Origin: Phoronis australis
Lineage: Eukaryota > Animalia > Phoronida
Direction: 5' to 3'
DNA: 64,000 bases
Assembly: GCA_002633005.1 (NCBI GenBank)
Contig: NMRA01000038.1
Span: 80,112-144,111, forward strand
Numbering within the stretch: position 1 is the stretch's first letter; each line of letters begins with the position of its first letter. The notes under the pieces were generated by a model. It was given only the letters and a program-made list of their open reading frames with translations. It was not told where the DNA came from and did no database searches. The position numbers and the translations under genes were made by a program. Positions 40,731-52,877 of the stretch are shown here, piece by piece.

Positions 40731-40822
40731 AAATGTTCAATGCAACTGAAATTGGAGGAGTTTCAAAATGCTAAAATGTACGCAGAAGATTAAAGGAGAC
40801 GAAGAAGCTTAGAGACATCTAG
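40731..40822 (+). pseudogene. Decayed partial duplicate of paralog 5 exon 1 inside its own intron
   Basis: Matches 40280-40375 (aatgtt.aatgcaac.gaaattggaggag.ttcaaaatgctaaaa...gacgaagaagct.agag.catcta), with an indel and a stop. Confidence 0.85.
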
Positions 40823-42505
40823 ACATCAGACAACCGATTGCTTTACTGTATGCCATTTGGAAACAAGAGTATTCTTTCAGGGTTTCTTCCGTCTAGCGCA
40901 AGCGATACCGGTTAAGAAGCCGTTTAAAGACAGATTTCTCTGAAAAAAAACGTGAATAGGACTGAAAATTATTACCCAAATATGTTTTGAAACATCTCGT
41001 GAACATGTCTGAGCCATGGCAGAAACGAATTTCCAACGGAAATTTCAAGGTTTGGGTGAGGTTCTTGTATACAAAATCGCTATTTCTTGGCCAATTTTGA
41101 AAATTGAAGAGCTCGCATAGTCAAAATTTTACTCAGCTATTCAGACTTTTTATTACCAGAGCCTGTGTGCTTTCCAGCCTCCAATTCCAGTTGATACTAT
41201 CTTCTAAGAAATAGTACGCGACCTTAGTGAACATAGAGTCACTCTATTGATGACTACCCCCTTATGAGGCGGTTGGGTTGGCCGGTGACACTGGAGAAAT
41301 TCAAACGACTTCCACAAATCGATCCTTATCTTGTTTAAAGGGGATAGTTACGTCACGAGTATCTGCGAAGGTGTTACAAAGCAACTTCCTTAGAAAACCT
41401 TAGGTTGGTGGAAAACGCTAGCAAAGCTGAGTAGCATAGGTTTCTAATTGGCCTTCGTTAATGGATGATCCATCAATGTGGGATTCAGATTTTTGCGCTG
41501 AAATTTCATGGAGTACTAGACAAGTGTGTTTTACGTCAAAAATTAAATGCAAAACTGGTTTGGGGAAACTCTGGACTAGATTTCGAAGTCACTGATCTCA
41601 GTGTTACAGAAATAGTCACAATAAAAATTAGAGTAAATCTGTCTGCGTAAATGAACAGACGAGGTAAATAATTTACAACTCGTGAGCAGAAATAAAACAA
41701 AAGCGATTACGTTTACCTTGAGGTAAAATGGTCACCTCGGCCTTTGACACTGATGGCAGACATCTTTATTTTGTAGACGAGACGAGTCAGGGTGTGATTC
41801 TATACCATCGTCTTTTCTATTATGAGATCAAATTTATTGAAAGTAAATGGTCCCATTCGAATGCAGGGCAAAATGCAACTTTGATGAAAATTGGCAGTGG
41901 ACAAAACCAGGAACACATATAACACTAAAGAACAGTTATTTTTGCGTATTGGTCCTGTTTTCGAAGGTTATTTAAAAGCTAACTGTCAAGGTTGTCAGCA
42001 ATCTAATAAATGTAGTATAAAGTTGAAGTATTAATCTTCAAACTGACACCAATTCCGTTCCTTAAGATTTCAATCAGTAGGGGTAGGGCGCCATGAATAA
42101 GACGTGCCCCAACAGAAGACGGCTCTTTGCAGGCAAAATTTCCGAGCAGAGCTTCTCTGATTGGCCAATTCTTTATCGCACCTATTAAGCATATTAGGCC
42201 AGATCACATCCTGTGGTTTCTTTTTAAAGGTTATTTTCTTCTCAGTTAAACAAATGATTCTGTAATTAATCTACGAATCATCAAAACGAAATTGTTGTTT
42301 TTCCTGTTGAGTATTCCTGGTATTCTTCCAAGTGTAACCCAATAAGTACACGCAATCAGTACTTGATAGTGTGTATGATGTTTTATTGTGAGCATCGAAG
42401 GACCATAGATCCTGATGAAGTTGTGGTTTGAAATAACAAAGCTAAGTTAGCTCAATGCTTGAGTAAACACAACTACAACTGTACGCAAATGTTTTCATCT
42501 TTCAG

Positions 42506-43314
42506 AGGGCGATATAGGAATAGCGCCGCTCGTACTGAGGTATCTGTCACTGGACGTTACTGACAAGAACGATAGTGAAGATACTCGGGGTGACAATTTG
42601 GCTGGAACTAGCGTACGCGCAACTCATCAACGGCGCATTTCGCTAGAAAAACACCTATCTCACGTTAAGACCGAGATGTTTAAAATCATTCATAGTTTGA
42701 GGAAACAGTTCACTATACCTGAGTTGAGGGAGCTGCACGTCCATCTTAACGCGATGCATCCTGGTAATGCCTCATACGAAAGAGTGGTACACGTGTTCGG
42801 GGAACCAGCTTTTACTCACCCCGAGATGCGCATGAGAAAGTACGCGGTAGAGTTACAAGAGGAGAGTATAGCTGCGCATTGGAAAGTTGCTGGAACCATG
42901 TCAGCCATGGACGCGCTGCAATGTCGCTATCTCAGACTGGTTGATTCCGCAGTAGAGCAACTAGTCAAAATGTGCCACGAAATGGACATGGATCCCGGCT
43001 TGCATGCACACACACACATCTTGTCCCCAGCTGACTTGGTGGAATTCATATTCCGGGACAACAAGCGTTCACCGACCACAACTCACGAGCTAGTGAAAAT
43101 CGGAGACAAATCAAAAACTGATCGAACGCATGAGAGGACATCCTCACCCACAAAAGGAAAGCAATCAAAGCTAGCCAAAGTTTACTCTGTTCCAGAAGAC
43201 GAACTGGGCCTCCGCGACAGAGGCACGAACAAGGAGTCGGGCAAAAAATTTACTTCTACGATTCATAATAAATACCATTCGGCACAGAAATCAAAATCTC
43301 CGGATAAACCCTGA
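42506..43314 (+). CDS. Cluster paralog 5, exon 2 (whole protein ~392 aa)
   Basis: Acceptor tttcag|AG gives EGDIGIAPLVLRYLSLD; contains DALQCRYLRLVDSAVEQLVKMCHEMDMDPGLHAH. Confidence 0.85.
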
Positions 43315-45809
43315 TCCTGTAAGCCATGAAAGATGTCGTACATCCCCGGGACTTAATGGAGTAGTCTGAACCAGCGTAGGCTGCACAACATCTTAATTTG
43401 GAAATTATGAAACGGGTGATGTACCCAACGCAACACAATAAAGGCGATGTAGCCATTGCAAGATATTGCATGTAGGTAATGATACAGCCCCTCTCACCCA
43501 ATAAAGGGCAATTGAAAAGCTGGTAGAACACTAAAATTCGGTAAATTCATAGTATTAAAGAGACTAGCTTTCGAACTTTCGTCGTAGATACAAATGGCAT
43601 CTCGCGCCACTTGTTACCGGTACCATGCCTGTAAATGCCAGCTCCTCTTAAGCTCGAAAGCTGGACGGTGTCCTTAATAAAAACATTACCACATTTTAAA
43701 GTGTTTTACCAGCGTTTGCATTGTCTCATTTTATTTGATCACAACATTTTTAAATACTCACTATACGATGATATAGCCACTCCAGCACGGGTTATGTTGA
43801 CGTATAGATCGTCTAATTACATTTGAAAGCGTGCTATGAATCCCAACAAATTCTACGCCCATATTTTCAAGAGAAAAATTAATAGATTTAAAATTCACGA
43901 AGCCACTCCATTTCTCCCAGGAATCCCTTATTACTGGGAAATTATGGTGTGCACAGACGAGCTTGAAGTTACATGTCAGTGTACTGGGTATGACAGACAA
44001 CAGAAGTCAAATCAGCAGAAATATACATTAGGCTTTGTGTTTTTGCAAACCTATCCATTTCAATGTAGTTACTTGTTGAAATGAAATTTCTCCAAGTATT
44101 ATTTGTAATAAAGTCGTTTTGTTTTCTGTTTGTTTCCTTGTTTGGCTTAAGCCACAGGTCAGGGTGAAATTTACTGACACACACGTGTCTTGACTATAGC
44201 TCGTAGCCGATTGTTTAATTAGAAATCGGCGGCGACCATTTTTTACCATTCTGGTATGCGGAGCTATAGCTCTACTGTCTCTGGTGGAATTTTTTGATTA
44301 AGTTTTCTGTAGATAGGTCATTTCTCAGGCTATTTGAAGTCTGCCGTTTGTTTTTCTTTTGTACTGAACGGTCTCTAGTCATTCGATATTTTCCGATGAC
44401 TGTTGTCTCCCAGCGTACCTAGACGGATCCAGCGTAAAGATTTTTAATTTCTGTTGATGTCAAAGCATTTATCCTTAAGATTGAAATTTCAAAAAACGAT
44501 CAGTCAAATACTCGTCACTTCCTCGAATTTTCAACCACACGGTGATTTCAAGCAGCTATTCCTCGAGTGCATGTGCGCATATACATAAACAAATTGAAAA
44601 CTCTATTGGATTGAAAGTTATTAGTCTGTATTTCGAAAATAGTGAATCTTAACGATTTTTTCTAGAAATCCTTACAATATTCAAAGTGAATAGTTCTCAC
44701 GTTAGCATCCTTTAGAAGTAGATTCGCCACGATCTGTTTAAAATCAGTATCCGCGTTCCATGCCTCTTTTAACATTCGCTGTTACATGTAATTCCAAAAT
44801 ACTTGGTTACCATGGCACCAGTAGCAGCTTCCCATACGTTTTACCGAGGATCACGAAAATGCTATGATCATTGCCTGCCATCTAACAGGGCTGCCATTCA
44901 TTCAGCCTAAACTTGGCGATATTGTCGTAAAATACCTGGTTACCAAGGTAACGATAACCAGTTCAACGTAGTAACACCTCTAACTTTCAACAAAAATTGA
45001 ATCCGGGTACTATTGGCAGGGTTGCCTGCTTCTAATAAGAATTGGCAGTGAAAGATGATTTTTTATTTTGACTGACAAAATATCTTATTGCCATAGGAAC
45101 TGTGCATACTGCGTCAGTTCGCTATTCACCAAAAGTTCTTGTTGAAAAAGTCACAAAGCAAATCAACAAATGCACACGTGCTGAGAAGGGCAAGCTTGTT
45201 GCAACGCGCATAATGAGTGCTACAGGAATTTCTTGCCACCAGAGACACGTGGAGTGATTAATGGTTGCCCTCCAGGGACATTTGACGAATGTAGTATACA
45301 TTCCAAGTACTGTGGTCTAATATAAATTTTAAAACAATTTTTCTCTATCGTTTGTTCCTTTAACGATGACGCTCGGGGAGCTACAGCACAGATGCGATCC
45401 GCACCCAAGAAGTATTTTTCGACAATACCAGAAATGCAGAAACAAGATATCCAATAACGAATGTTGTATCGTCTTTAAGGAACTCTGCACCAGAGAGGCA
45501 CTACTGCCGAGTTATACATGTACAAAACAACTTAACTCTGCACCAAACTTTAAGATGATAGGTAACGAGGTTTTTTTGNNNNNNNNNNNNNNNNNNNNNN
45601 NNNNCCCCCGCCCCCGCCCCCCCCCCCCCCTCCCCGATAATGAAAACACCGCTTGTGGTTGTATATCTTTCATTGCAATTTCTTACAAAACCTACAATTT
45701 AAAACAACAGCCAGTATAGCGTTTAAATGCAGATAACCATAAAAGTTACAGGGGCAGCATCACTTGCAATGAGCAGACCAAACAACCTGAAACATACAAG
45801 TGGCACCCA

Positions 45810-45968
45810 CAGGATGGATCCAGGATTTTGAGTTAGGGTGGAGGGGCCAGGGCACAGTATTCGCCAAAATTTTTCCAGTCAGACATTCGCACCTCTGAAC
45901 TGCCCAATGGAATGTGGGAAAATTTGGGGGGGCCTGTTCCCCTTGGCCCCCTTCTAAATCCGCCACTG
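45810..45968 (-). mobile_element. Short hAT-like MITE, family C (inverted)
   Basis: Ends aaatccgccactg; reverse complement resembles 15519-15664. Confidence 0.6.
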
Positions 45969-46069
45969 ATGTGCAACTTGACGCATAAGGAACATTTCGT
46001 GAAAACTATTCATCACTAGGAAGCATGAACCAATGGCTAGGTACCACTGACACGAGATTCAAGAGAGTA

Positions 46070-46155
46070 CATGGGCGGTGCAGCACTGAAATAAGTGGAG
46101 GCTATAGCCCCTCAGCCCCCTATCAGGTGCGCCCCCTCTTGGGCGCGCCACCCAT
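46070..46155. mobile_element. Tiny MITE-like repeat, family A
   Basis: catgggcggtgcagcactgaaata...ggctatagccc...gcgccacccat. Confidence 0.55.
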
Positions 46156-47585
46156 ACCCATGTGTAGCATACAGCAATTAACTTTCCTTAGTGTTAACAA
46201 TTTTGACCAGCAATCAACTTTGATCATTACAATACACTGAAAACGTCTATGACTTGACGTGACAATTGTGTTTGGAAGTTTTGCCTCTAAGAGTTCATCT
46301 GTGCATCCAGACAGACCAAACCCCAGGTGCCTTTAGGTTTGCAAGCACTTAAAGCTCATGTGAGGAAACCTGTTCTCCTAGAAACAATCTGATTGAGACT
46401 CCAGCATAAACGTGGTTAGCATGTACAAAATGTCAGGTTTAACTGTATTAAAGTTTAATCCAACAATTTATCTGACTATAGCAGATATATAATGAGAGTC
46501 TTTCCTTACAAATATATATGTGCCAAACAAGATATGCTGGATGGCAAGGTTCATTAACAAAAGCAATGTACAGCAGTCCATTGATATGCGCCATCTATTG
46601 TGTGCATCACAAATGACAAAGATGTATTTACACAGCTAAAACATAAAAGAATCCGTGCCAATTCCATCAGAAGACTCATTGATTTGATCACATAGCATCT
46701 CAGTCTTCTGACAAAACTGTCATGGTGCCTGTTACTACAGCTTTATTCAAATTAAAACCTCTTCCAATCAACAAAATATTGCACCACAAATAATCCATTA
46801 TCACCATTAAAACAAATCACGTACAAGGATTGCTGCCAACAAACTAATAAATTAAATGTATTCTTTTGACTACTCCGAAATCATGACAATATTGAACTAT
46901 GGAAGCATTAGAGGTGGAACACAACTCGTGCACCAACATGAAACTGTCAACTTTGCCGCCACACATTTGTGTTTGTGAAAGTTGTTTATCATAGTGTCTA
47001 CTTCAATAATGAGTTACCGGTATATGATTCTAATAAAAACTTGCTTCCCAATTACCTAATGCATACATATACCAACAGTGTATTCCAATATTAAACAAAA
47101 AGGTCACTGAGGATACATTGAGCTGGCATCCAGTTATTAAACTTGGTGGACTAGAATTTAACAAACAAAACGGTTACTGCAAAACTCAAATGAAACCCAA
47201 TTTTGTATGCTACGTGTACGCTCCAAAACGATTCATAATCGTTGATCTTGGTACAAAAAATTGCCACATGTCCTTGCTTTTTCTAACAGTAACCATGGGA
47301 ATTTTTCATTCAACCGGTGTCCCCAGAAAGCTCTGAAACATCCATATGACGTTACTGTGTACATGAAAAAATTTGAAAATTTAGTGAAAACTCATAAAAT
47401 ATTGTTTAGTTTGAACTCCAAACAATTTAAAACTAATAGCAACGGTACGGAAATGAAAATCAAGCAATTCTAAAGTGTCACCTGTCCCTTGTCCAAGACA
47501 AAAATGTGCTCCTTTGATTTCAAATGCAGTGTATATTCCTAACAATCAATTGCAAACTCCTGTGGTCCAGCAAAAAGGAAACTGA

Positions 47586-47676
47586 TCATCGGAACACTTC
47601 ATCTTCACTGTCATATCTCGATGATCTGCCATTTGGTCTCGCACGACTTGTCAATGAGGTCTCTTCAACATCAGAC
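47586..47676 (-). CDS. TMEM181: TMEM181 coding exon 13 (last): SDVEETSL...YDSEDEVFR*
   Basis: Acceptor tgtcag|G completes phase 2; acidic tail resembles the vertebrate (G)SDYEE... ending. Confidence 0.75.
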
Positions 47677-48374
47677 CTGACAAACAATAACACATACATG
47701 AATGGATAAACATTGGGTATATTTTCAGTTGGATAAATTCTGTGATCTTGCATTCATTAACGACACCTGTTGTCAAGCAGGCTTTGCTTTGTCTGCTCAC
47801 CATACGGTCGTTTTTTTGCTTGGTGGCCAAAAATGTCTTGACAGGAGAAAAGTTGAAGCCAGGATTTGGATCAGTGATTCTGGCAAGCTGAACACCCAAT
47901 TTTAACACTTTTGATTACCCTTGAAACGTTTTTCAATAACCAGCTAACTCACACCAATGGACCCAGAAACGAACAGAATCCAAATTCTACCACTCTGCTC
48001 AGACTTCAACAGCATTTATGTACTCAATGGGGTGAAAAGAATTGTCTTTATATGAATTCAACCGCCTATGAAATAGCCCCACCTCCACACACAGACTTTA
48101 GTAACGAATGCATGAACATGAGCATAAAAATTAGGAGATGTATATCAACAATGTTGCTAAATGTTTGCACCATGACTATTAGATGAATCAAGCATGATTA
48201 ACGCATTCTTTAAACGCTTTACAAAATCTATACAGTCCCCCTTTCTTAACAATTGACCGATGAAAGTAAAGTAAAGATCACCACATATCATTCGATCAGT
48301 AGCTACATTTTCTTCAACTCACAACAGCCAATAATCTAAAAGTGTTGTATCGCCCTCATGTTCTTTACGATGGT

Positions 48375-48645
48375 CCATTACTTATGGGTCCGGGATACCT
48401 GATGTGTCCAGCAATAGTCGCAAGGGTACCAGATTGCTGAAAACTTATGGGCCAAGATTACTTATAGAATGATCCAGGATTACTTATGGATCCAGGATAA
48501 CTTATGAATCCAGGATAACTTATGGATACTAGGTTGTTCATGGGTCACGCATTATTTAAGGATCCAGGATTACCTATTGGTCCAGGATCATATTTGGGTT
48601 CACGACTACTTATCGTCAAGGATTACTTATGGGTCCAGAATTACT
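48375..48645. repeat. ~20-bp minisatellite (ccaggattacttatgg[ga]t); resumes at 49407-49435 after the MITE
   Basis: About 10 degenerate copies visible. Confidence 0.85.
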
Positions 48646-48647
48646 AA

Positions 48648-49406
48648 GGGCTGTTCCAGTAAAATCCGTGTGGGAGGGGGGGGACGGCAGCAGTAATAAA
48701 AATTCATGGGTGGTGGTCTTCAGAAAAAAACTCAAATTATGGGTGGTCGTTCCTGTAAGAAGTGATGCATTAAAAATAGATGGTATTTTTTAACCTGCTA
48801 ATGTTGATCCCAATAAAAAAGAGCCCATATTGCCAGTGAACAGAGTGCAATATGTTCACTAAGCCATTAAACAAGTCATGGGCAACTTGATTTGAGTCAA
48901 CTGTTTGTCTGCAGTCCTATTGAATTGAAGTTATGCAACACTAAACTGGTTTTAACACATATAAGAAAATTGATGATTTTTAAATAAAAAGTATGAGGAG
49001 TAAGCTAAACAAGTTCCAATATTCACTTGACATAGAAGTATAAAAGAGTTCGTGGAGACAGTTTGAGATTCATAGATCCTTATAATTGAAAAAATGTTCA
49101 TTGAAATTTTAGACACATGGTGAACAGAGACACCTGGTGGCTGCCAAAAGTATTGCTCACAGGCTACTTTAGTTTTTGACAATATTGGACAAGACAACTA
49201 GTTCTTGTCTGTCAATCATTTAAGTTCTCAACAGGTCCTCCTGGAGGCAATTTGTTTGCAAGTGTTGGATTTTATATTTTAACCTATTAAAAATAATTAA
49301 AAAATTATGGGTCATGGGTTGGAGAAATAAATGAAAAATATGGGCGGTGGGTACGAAATAAAAGTGCCTTCCCCCCCCTCCCATACAGATTTTGCTGGAA
49401 CAGCCC
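48648..49406. mobile_element. PIF/Harbinger-type (Tourist-like) MITE, 759 bp, TAA TSD
   Basis: TIRs GGGCTGTTCCAGTAAAATCCGTGTGGGAGGGGGGG and (reverse complement) GGGCTGTTCCAGCAAAATCTGTATGGGAGGGGGGG; TAA on both flanks. Confidence 0.9.
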
Positions 49407-50235
49407 TAATGGATCCAGGATTACTTATGGGTGCAGGGACAGTTACAACATTGGTTTATGGTGACATCTAATATCTCAAATCTTGTTCACAAATCTAAAA
49501 TTCTTCGTTTTCTAACATTCCAAAATATGTCCACTAAAATAGCTTATCCTGATTCTTGGGAATTTCGAATATGAAATATATCAATATTTAGCAAGAAAAT
49601 AAGATTTTGTACAATCACCTTCAACAGCGAGGAAATTTGTTTGCAACTTATCCAAGCTCAATGTTACAGAGCTGTCTCTGAAATCAAATCTCTCAACAGC
49701 CATACGCAATCCCATCTGTACAAACAATTCATAGTCCTTTCATTCACCAAGTCCTCATAATATTGAGTCAACGAGGTGTACATAGCATAGAGAGATGCCA
49801 CAGAAAACAAAGAAAAAAGTAGTTTTGATCCTGAACGAGTTGTGTGTCTGCCTACATACCACCATTAAAAACGTATAACCTAGTAAGTATGACAAATACA
49901 CCGGGTCACCGCAGGGCATCTAGCACTTTGTTTTCACGAACACAGTCATGCAGGTTGTGAAAAAAGAAAAATCTTCTCGATCTCGGGCTTACAGCATGCT
50001 TTAATCACAGAAACTTGATTTCTGTTTTCCATTTCGCAGTCAATTTCTTGATTATTCAATCTCTTACGTGGTTGATATGTTGTATACTAAAATGAACTGT
50101 TGACTTACTAGCGTTAACTCCTCCTTTGACCTAGTTTAGACCCCTGACATTGGAAACATGTGACCACAACAGCTCACTTCAGTTGCCAATCATATGCTGC
50201 CCAGTTACTAGGAACAAGTTAGCACGCTTACTCAC

Positions 50236-50302
50236 CCATACATAACTTCCTCATCAGAATCATTTAACATGGACACCACGGGATTGTCACGGAACTGAGA
50301 TT
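50236..50302 (-). CDS. TMEM181: TMEM181 exon 12 (ESQFRDNPVVSMLNDSDEEVMYG)
   Basis: AG/GT bounded; matches the conserved DNP..SMLNDSD motif. Confidence 0.92.
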
Positions 50303-50304
50303 CT

Positions 50305-50740
50305 GTAACAAGGTAGAAAGGGTTGAAGATAATCCATTTAACACTGAAGACTCTGTAATACATACTTCTCTATGACATTTCACACTGCAGACTCTGTAAT
50401 ACAGGGTTCTCTAAGATATATAAGACTGTAGACACTGTAATACACAATTCTCTAAGAAATTTAACACTTTAGACTTATCTACAGCAAGGCAGAGAGAGTT
50501 GAAAATAGTTCATCTAACATGACTACAGACTCTGTAATATAAGAGTTCTCTTCAACAAGGTAGAGAGAGAGTTGAAAATAGTACATTGACTGCAGACTTT
50601 GTAATACAGGGTTCTCTAAGCCATTTAACACAGTTGCTGACTACGTAATGTAAAGTTCTCTAAGACAAGCTAGAGATGGTTGAAGATAACCAATTTAACA
50701 CTGCAGACTTTGTAATATATAGTTCTCTACAACAAGGTGT
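50305..50740. repeat. Intronic degenerate minisatellite (actgcagactctgtaata...ttctcta) filling TMEM181 intron 11
   Basis: Repeated ctctgtaata, ttctctaag, caaggtagaga and tttaacac blocks. Confidence 0.8.
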
Positions 50741-50760
50741 TTAAAGATATGTCAACTCAC

Positions 50761-50985
50761 CGAATGTGGCATTCCTCGACGGTGAGTACACATAAGCCAT
50801 AGTGTACAGATAAAAGTTGAGGAGACCATAGAAGGAAAGGAACTCAGCTGAGTTCTGGTAATGAGTTGAAATCTCGGCAACAAAGTTATCCTCCAGCGCC
50901 GTGCCACCGAACCTGACCGCAGTGATGGCTATGCTTATAATGAGCACTATGATCATGAGTGCAGTCATGAACTTGAGCCGTAGAT
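50761..50985 (-). CDS. TMEM181: TMEM181 exon 11 (DLRLKF...YQNSAEFLSFYGLLNFYLYTMAYVYSPS)
   Basis: Very close to the recalled TMEM181 C-terminal TM region; AG/GT bounded; phase 1/1. Confidence 0.95.
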
Positions 50986-51609
50986 CTGTGCAAAACATTA
51001 GAGAAGACCTGAGACATTGGTCGACTGAGATGAAACTAATGAATCTTGTCAGATAAGCAACACAGGACAAAACCCAAACAGATAAACTGATTATTTTTGC
51101 TTGGAGGTGCAGGTAAACCTAGTAAGGTTATGTATGACCCTAAAAAAGACAACTTCAGAACACTGCATCCCAGAAAGTGGCATAAAATGAGAACAAAATG
51201 ACATTTTAGAAAAATGTAACACAGCTTTCTACATAAAACAAAATTTGGCCATTGATTAAATAGTTTTGCTATCAAATGAATGTACCTTTTTGCTTAATTT
51301 TACTAGATACACAGTCATGTGGCCCAATTACTAATAGATTAATAAAAAGTCAAATATTAAATTCTAGTCTTTCTACTTTCAAAAGTAATAATACCTTATC
51401 AAGTTAAAACCAATGGTTTTCTGTTAGATATGGCTAAATACACAGACTGTGAACAAGGTCTCACATAACCTTAAGGAAGTGTGTTTGTGTGCCTGACATG
51501 TGTGTGGTTGAAACATGAAAGCTCTGACTTTTATTAACAGGTGTCGGTCAGTTCAGGTAAGAAATCTGCTATCGAATGCCAACATGAGGCATGGTTTGTT
51601 ACTACTCAC

Positions 51610-51712
51610 CAAAGTATGGCATGGATCGTAACTCGGCATAGGCTCGCACCAACAAGTAGGCCAAATAGAGTAAATAAAGACCACCAATTACGAAGAAAAA
51701 TACCTTGAAACC
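51610..51712 (-). CDS. TMEM181: TMEM181 exon 10 (GFKVFFFVIGGLYLLYLAYLLVRAYAELRSMPYF)
   Basis: AG/GT bounded; frame continuous. Confidence 0.93.
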
Positions 51713-52309
51713 CTGCAAAGAAAAATATTAAAGGTGACAATAAACTGCAAACACATAAAATATAACGATATGGTAAGGAAAAGCCTCCACAAAATATTTT
51801 ATTTGTCCATAAATAAGACAAAGAAGTGGATATCTAGAACACAAAGTATGCTATCACTCGTCACTGGCACATGGACAGCCAAGGACAGAAGTGATGTGGC
51901 ACAAACAAGTGATCAACGTTTAGGAAAATTGGCAATGCCATAAAGTTTTTAAGTAGCCTGTCACAGACGGGCTCATGGAGGACAGACATATTCAACTAAC
52001 TCCCACCTTTTCACAGAAAATATCAATTGTACATAGACCGATATTGCCTATGAGGTGCCGGTTGTTCAAATTACAGAGGACACCTTTGTATTCGCTTGTT
52101 ATACATTCCAAAGGATGAGTTTCATGACAGTAACAATGGCTATTATTTTCTTTGGCAAAATGGGAGAGCAAGAAATTGGTTTAACTAACAGCTCTGACAA
52201 GTCATGTAATAGGGTTTGGATCACACATCGATAGAACTCTCCTTTTGTCCCAGAGTTAACAAAGCGCGTGACCTCGTTTTGGAAACCAGGCACATTTTCG
52301 TGTCTCATT

Positions 52310-52405
52310 GATGCATCCCGCAGCCACAGGTATTTGTCCACTGTATCAAACCTTCTCACGTCAGAGTTGCAGCCCACAGCACAACAGTAATACTGTTGGC
52401 ATTGG
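52310..52405 (-). pseudogene. THAP N-terminus-like relic (YYCCAVGCNSD...KYLWL) in a TMEM181 intron
   Basis: CCAVGC-type C-x4-C start next to a frameshifted ATGCCA; the rest of the domain is missing. Confidence 0.3.
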
Positions 52406-52727
52406 AATGACAAATAGAGAAATGCAACCAAGAGAAAGTTGTGAAGGATCAGACAACAAGAAATAACATGCCATGAAAATGACATGTCATGAAGATGAGG
52501 CAGCAAATGTGCCTGACGGATGTTTACGGCATTCTGGGTAAATAAAGCAAAACTCATGCGTCGCTGCATAATCCGGGACAGCCCTATTAACAGACAAAAT
52601 TGTCTTGGCATCTACAAGTTGGCTGCATTACTTGAAGTTTATTGTTGTCCACATGGAATTGTAACAACAGGACAACACATCAATACAAACAGTACAACTG
52701 GTATAATTCCTATGTAAAAGTACTTAC

Positions 52728-52877
52728 TAAAAAGTTGCCAGTATCTAACCGGTAGTTGTATGTAGGGTCCAGAAGTTCGTTGTATTCCTGCCATGAGGAT
52801 AACGTTATTGCAGATATCCAAATTAATCCCACAATAATCAGCTTAGGCACATAAAAGGGCAAGAATCGCCGTTTGTT
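52728..52877 (-). CDS. TMEM181: TMEM181 exon 9 (NKRRFLPFYVPKLIIVG...DPTYNYRLDTGNFL)
   Basis: AG/GT bounded; conserved FY.PK..IVG and DP.Y.Y..DTGNF. Confidence 0.93.

Noticed and set aside
49618-49880. Possible alternative 3' exons of TMEM181 (AG/GT-bounded stretches near 49619-49715 and 49860-49879)
   Set aside because: Phases do not join cleanly, or lead to quick stops, and there is no recognisable homology; 47586-47676 fits better.
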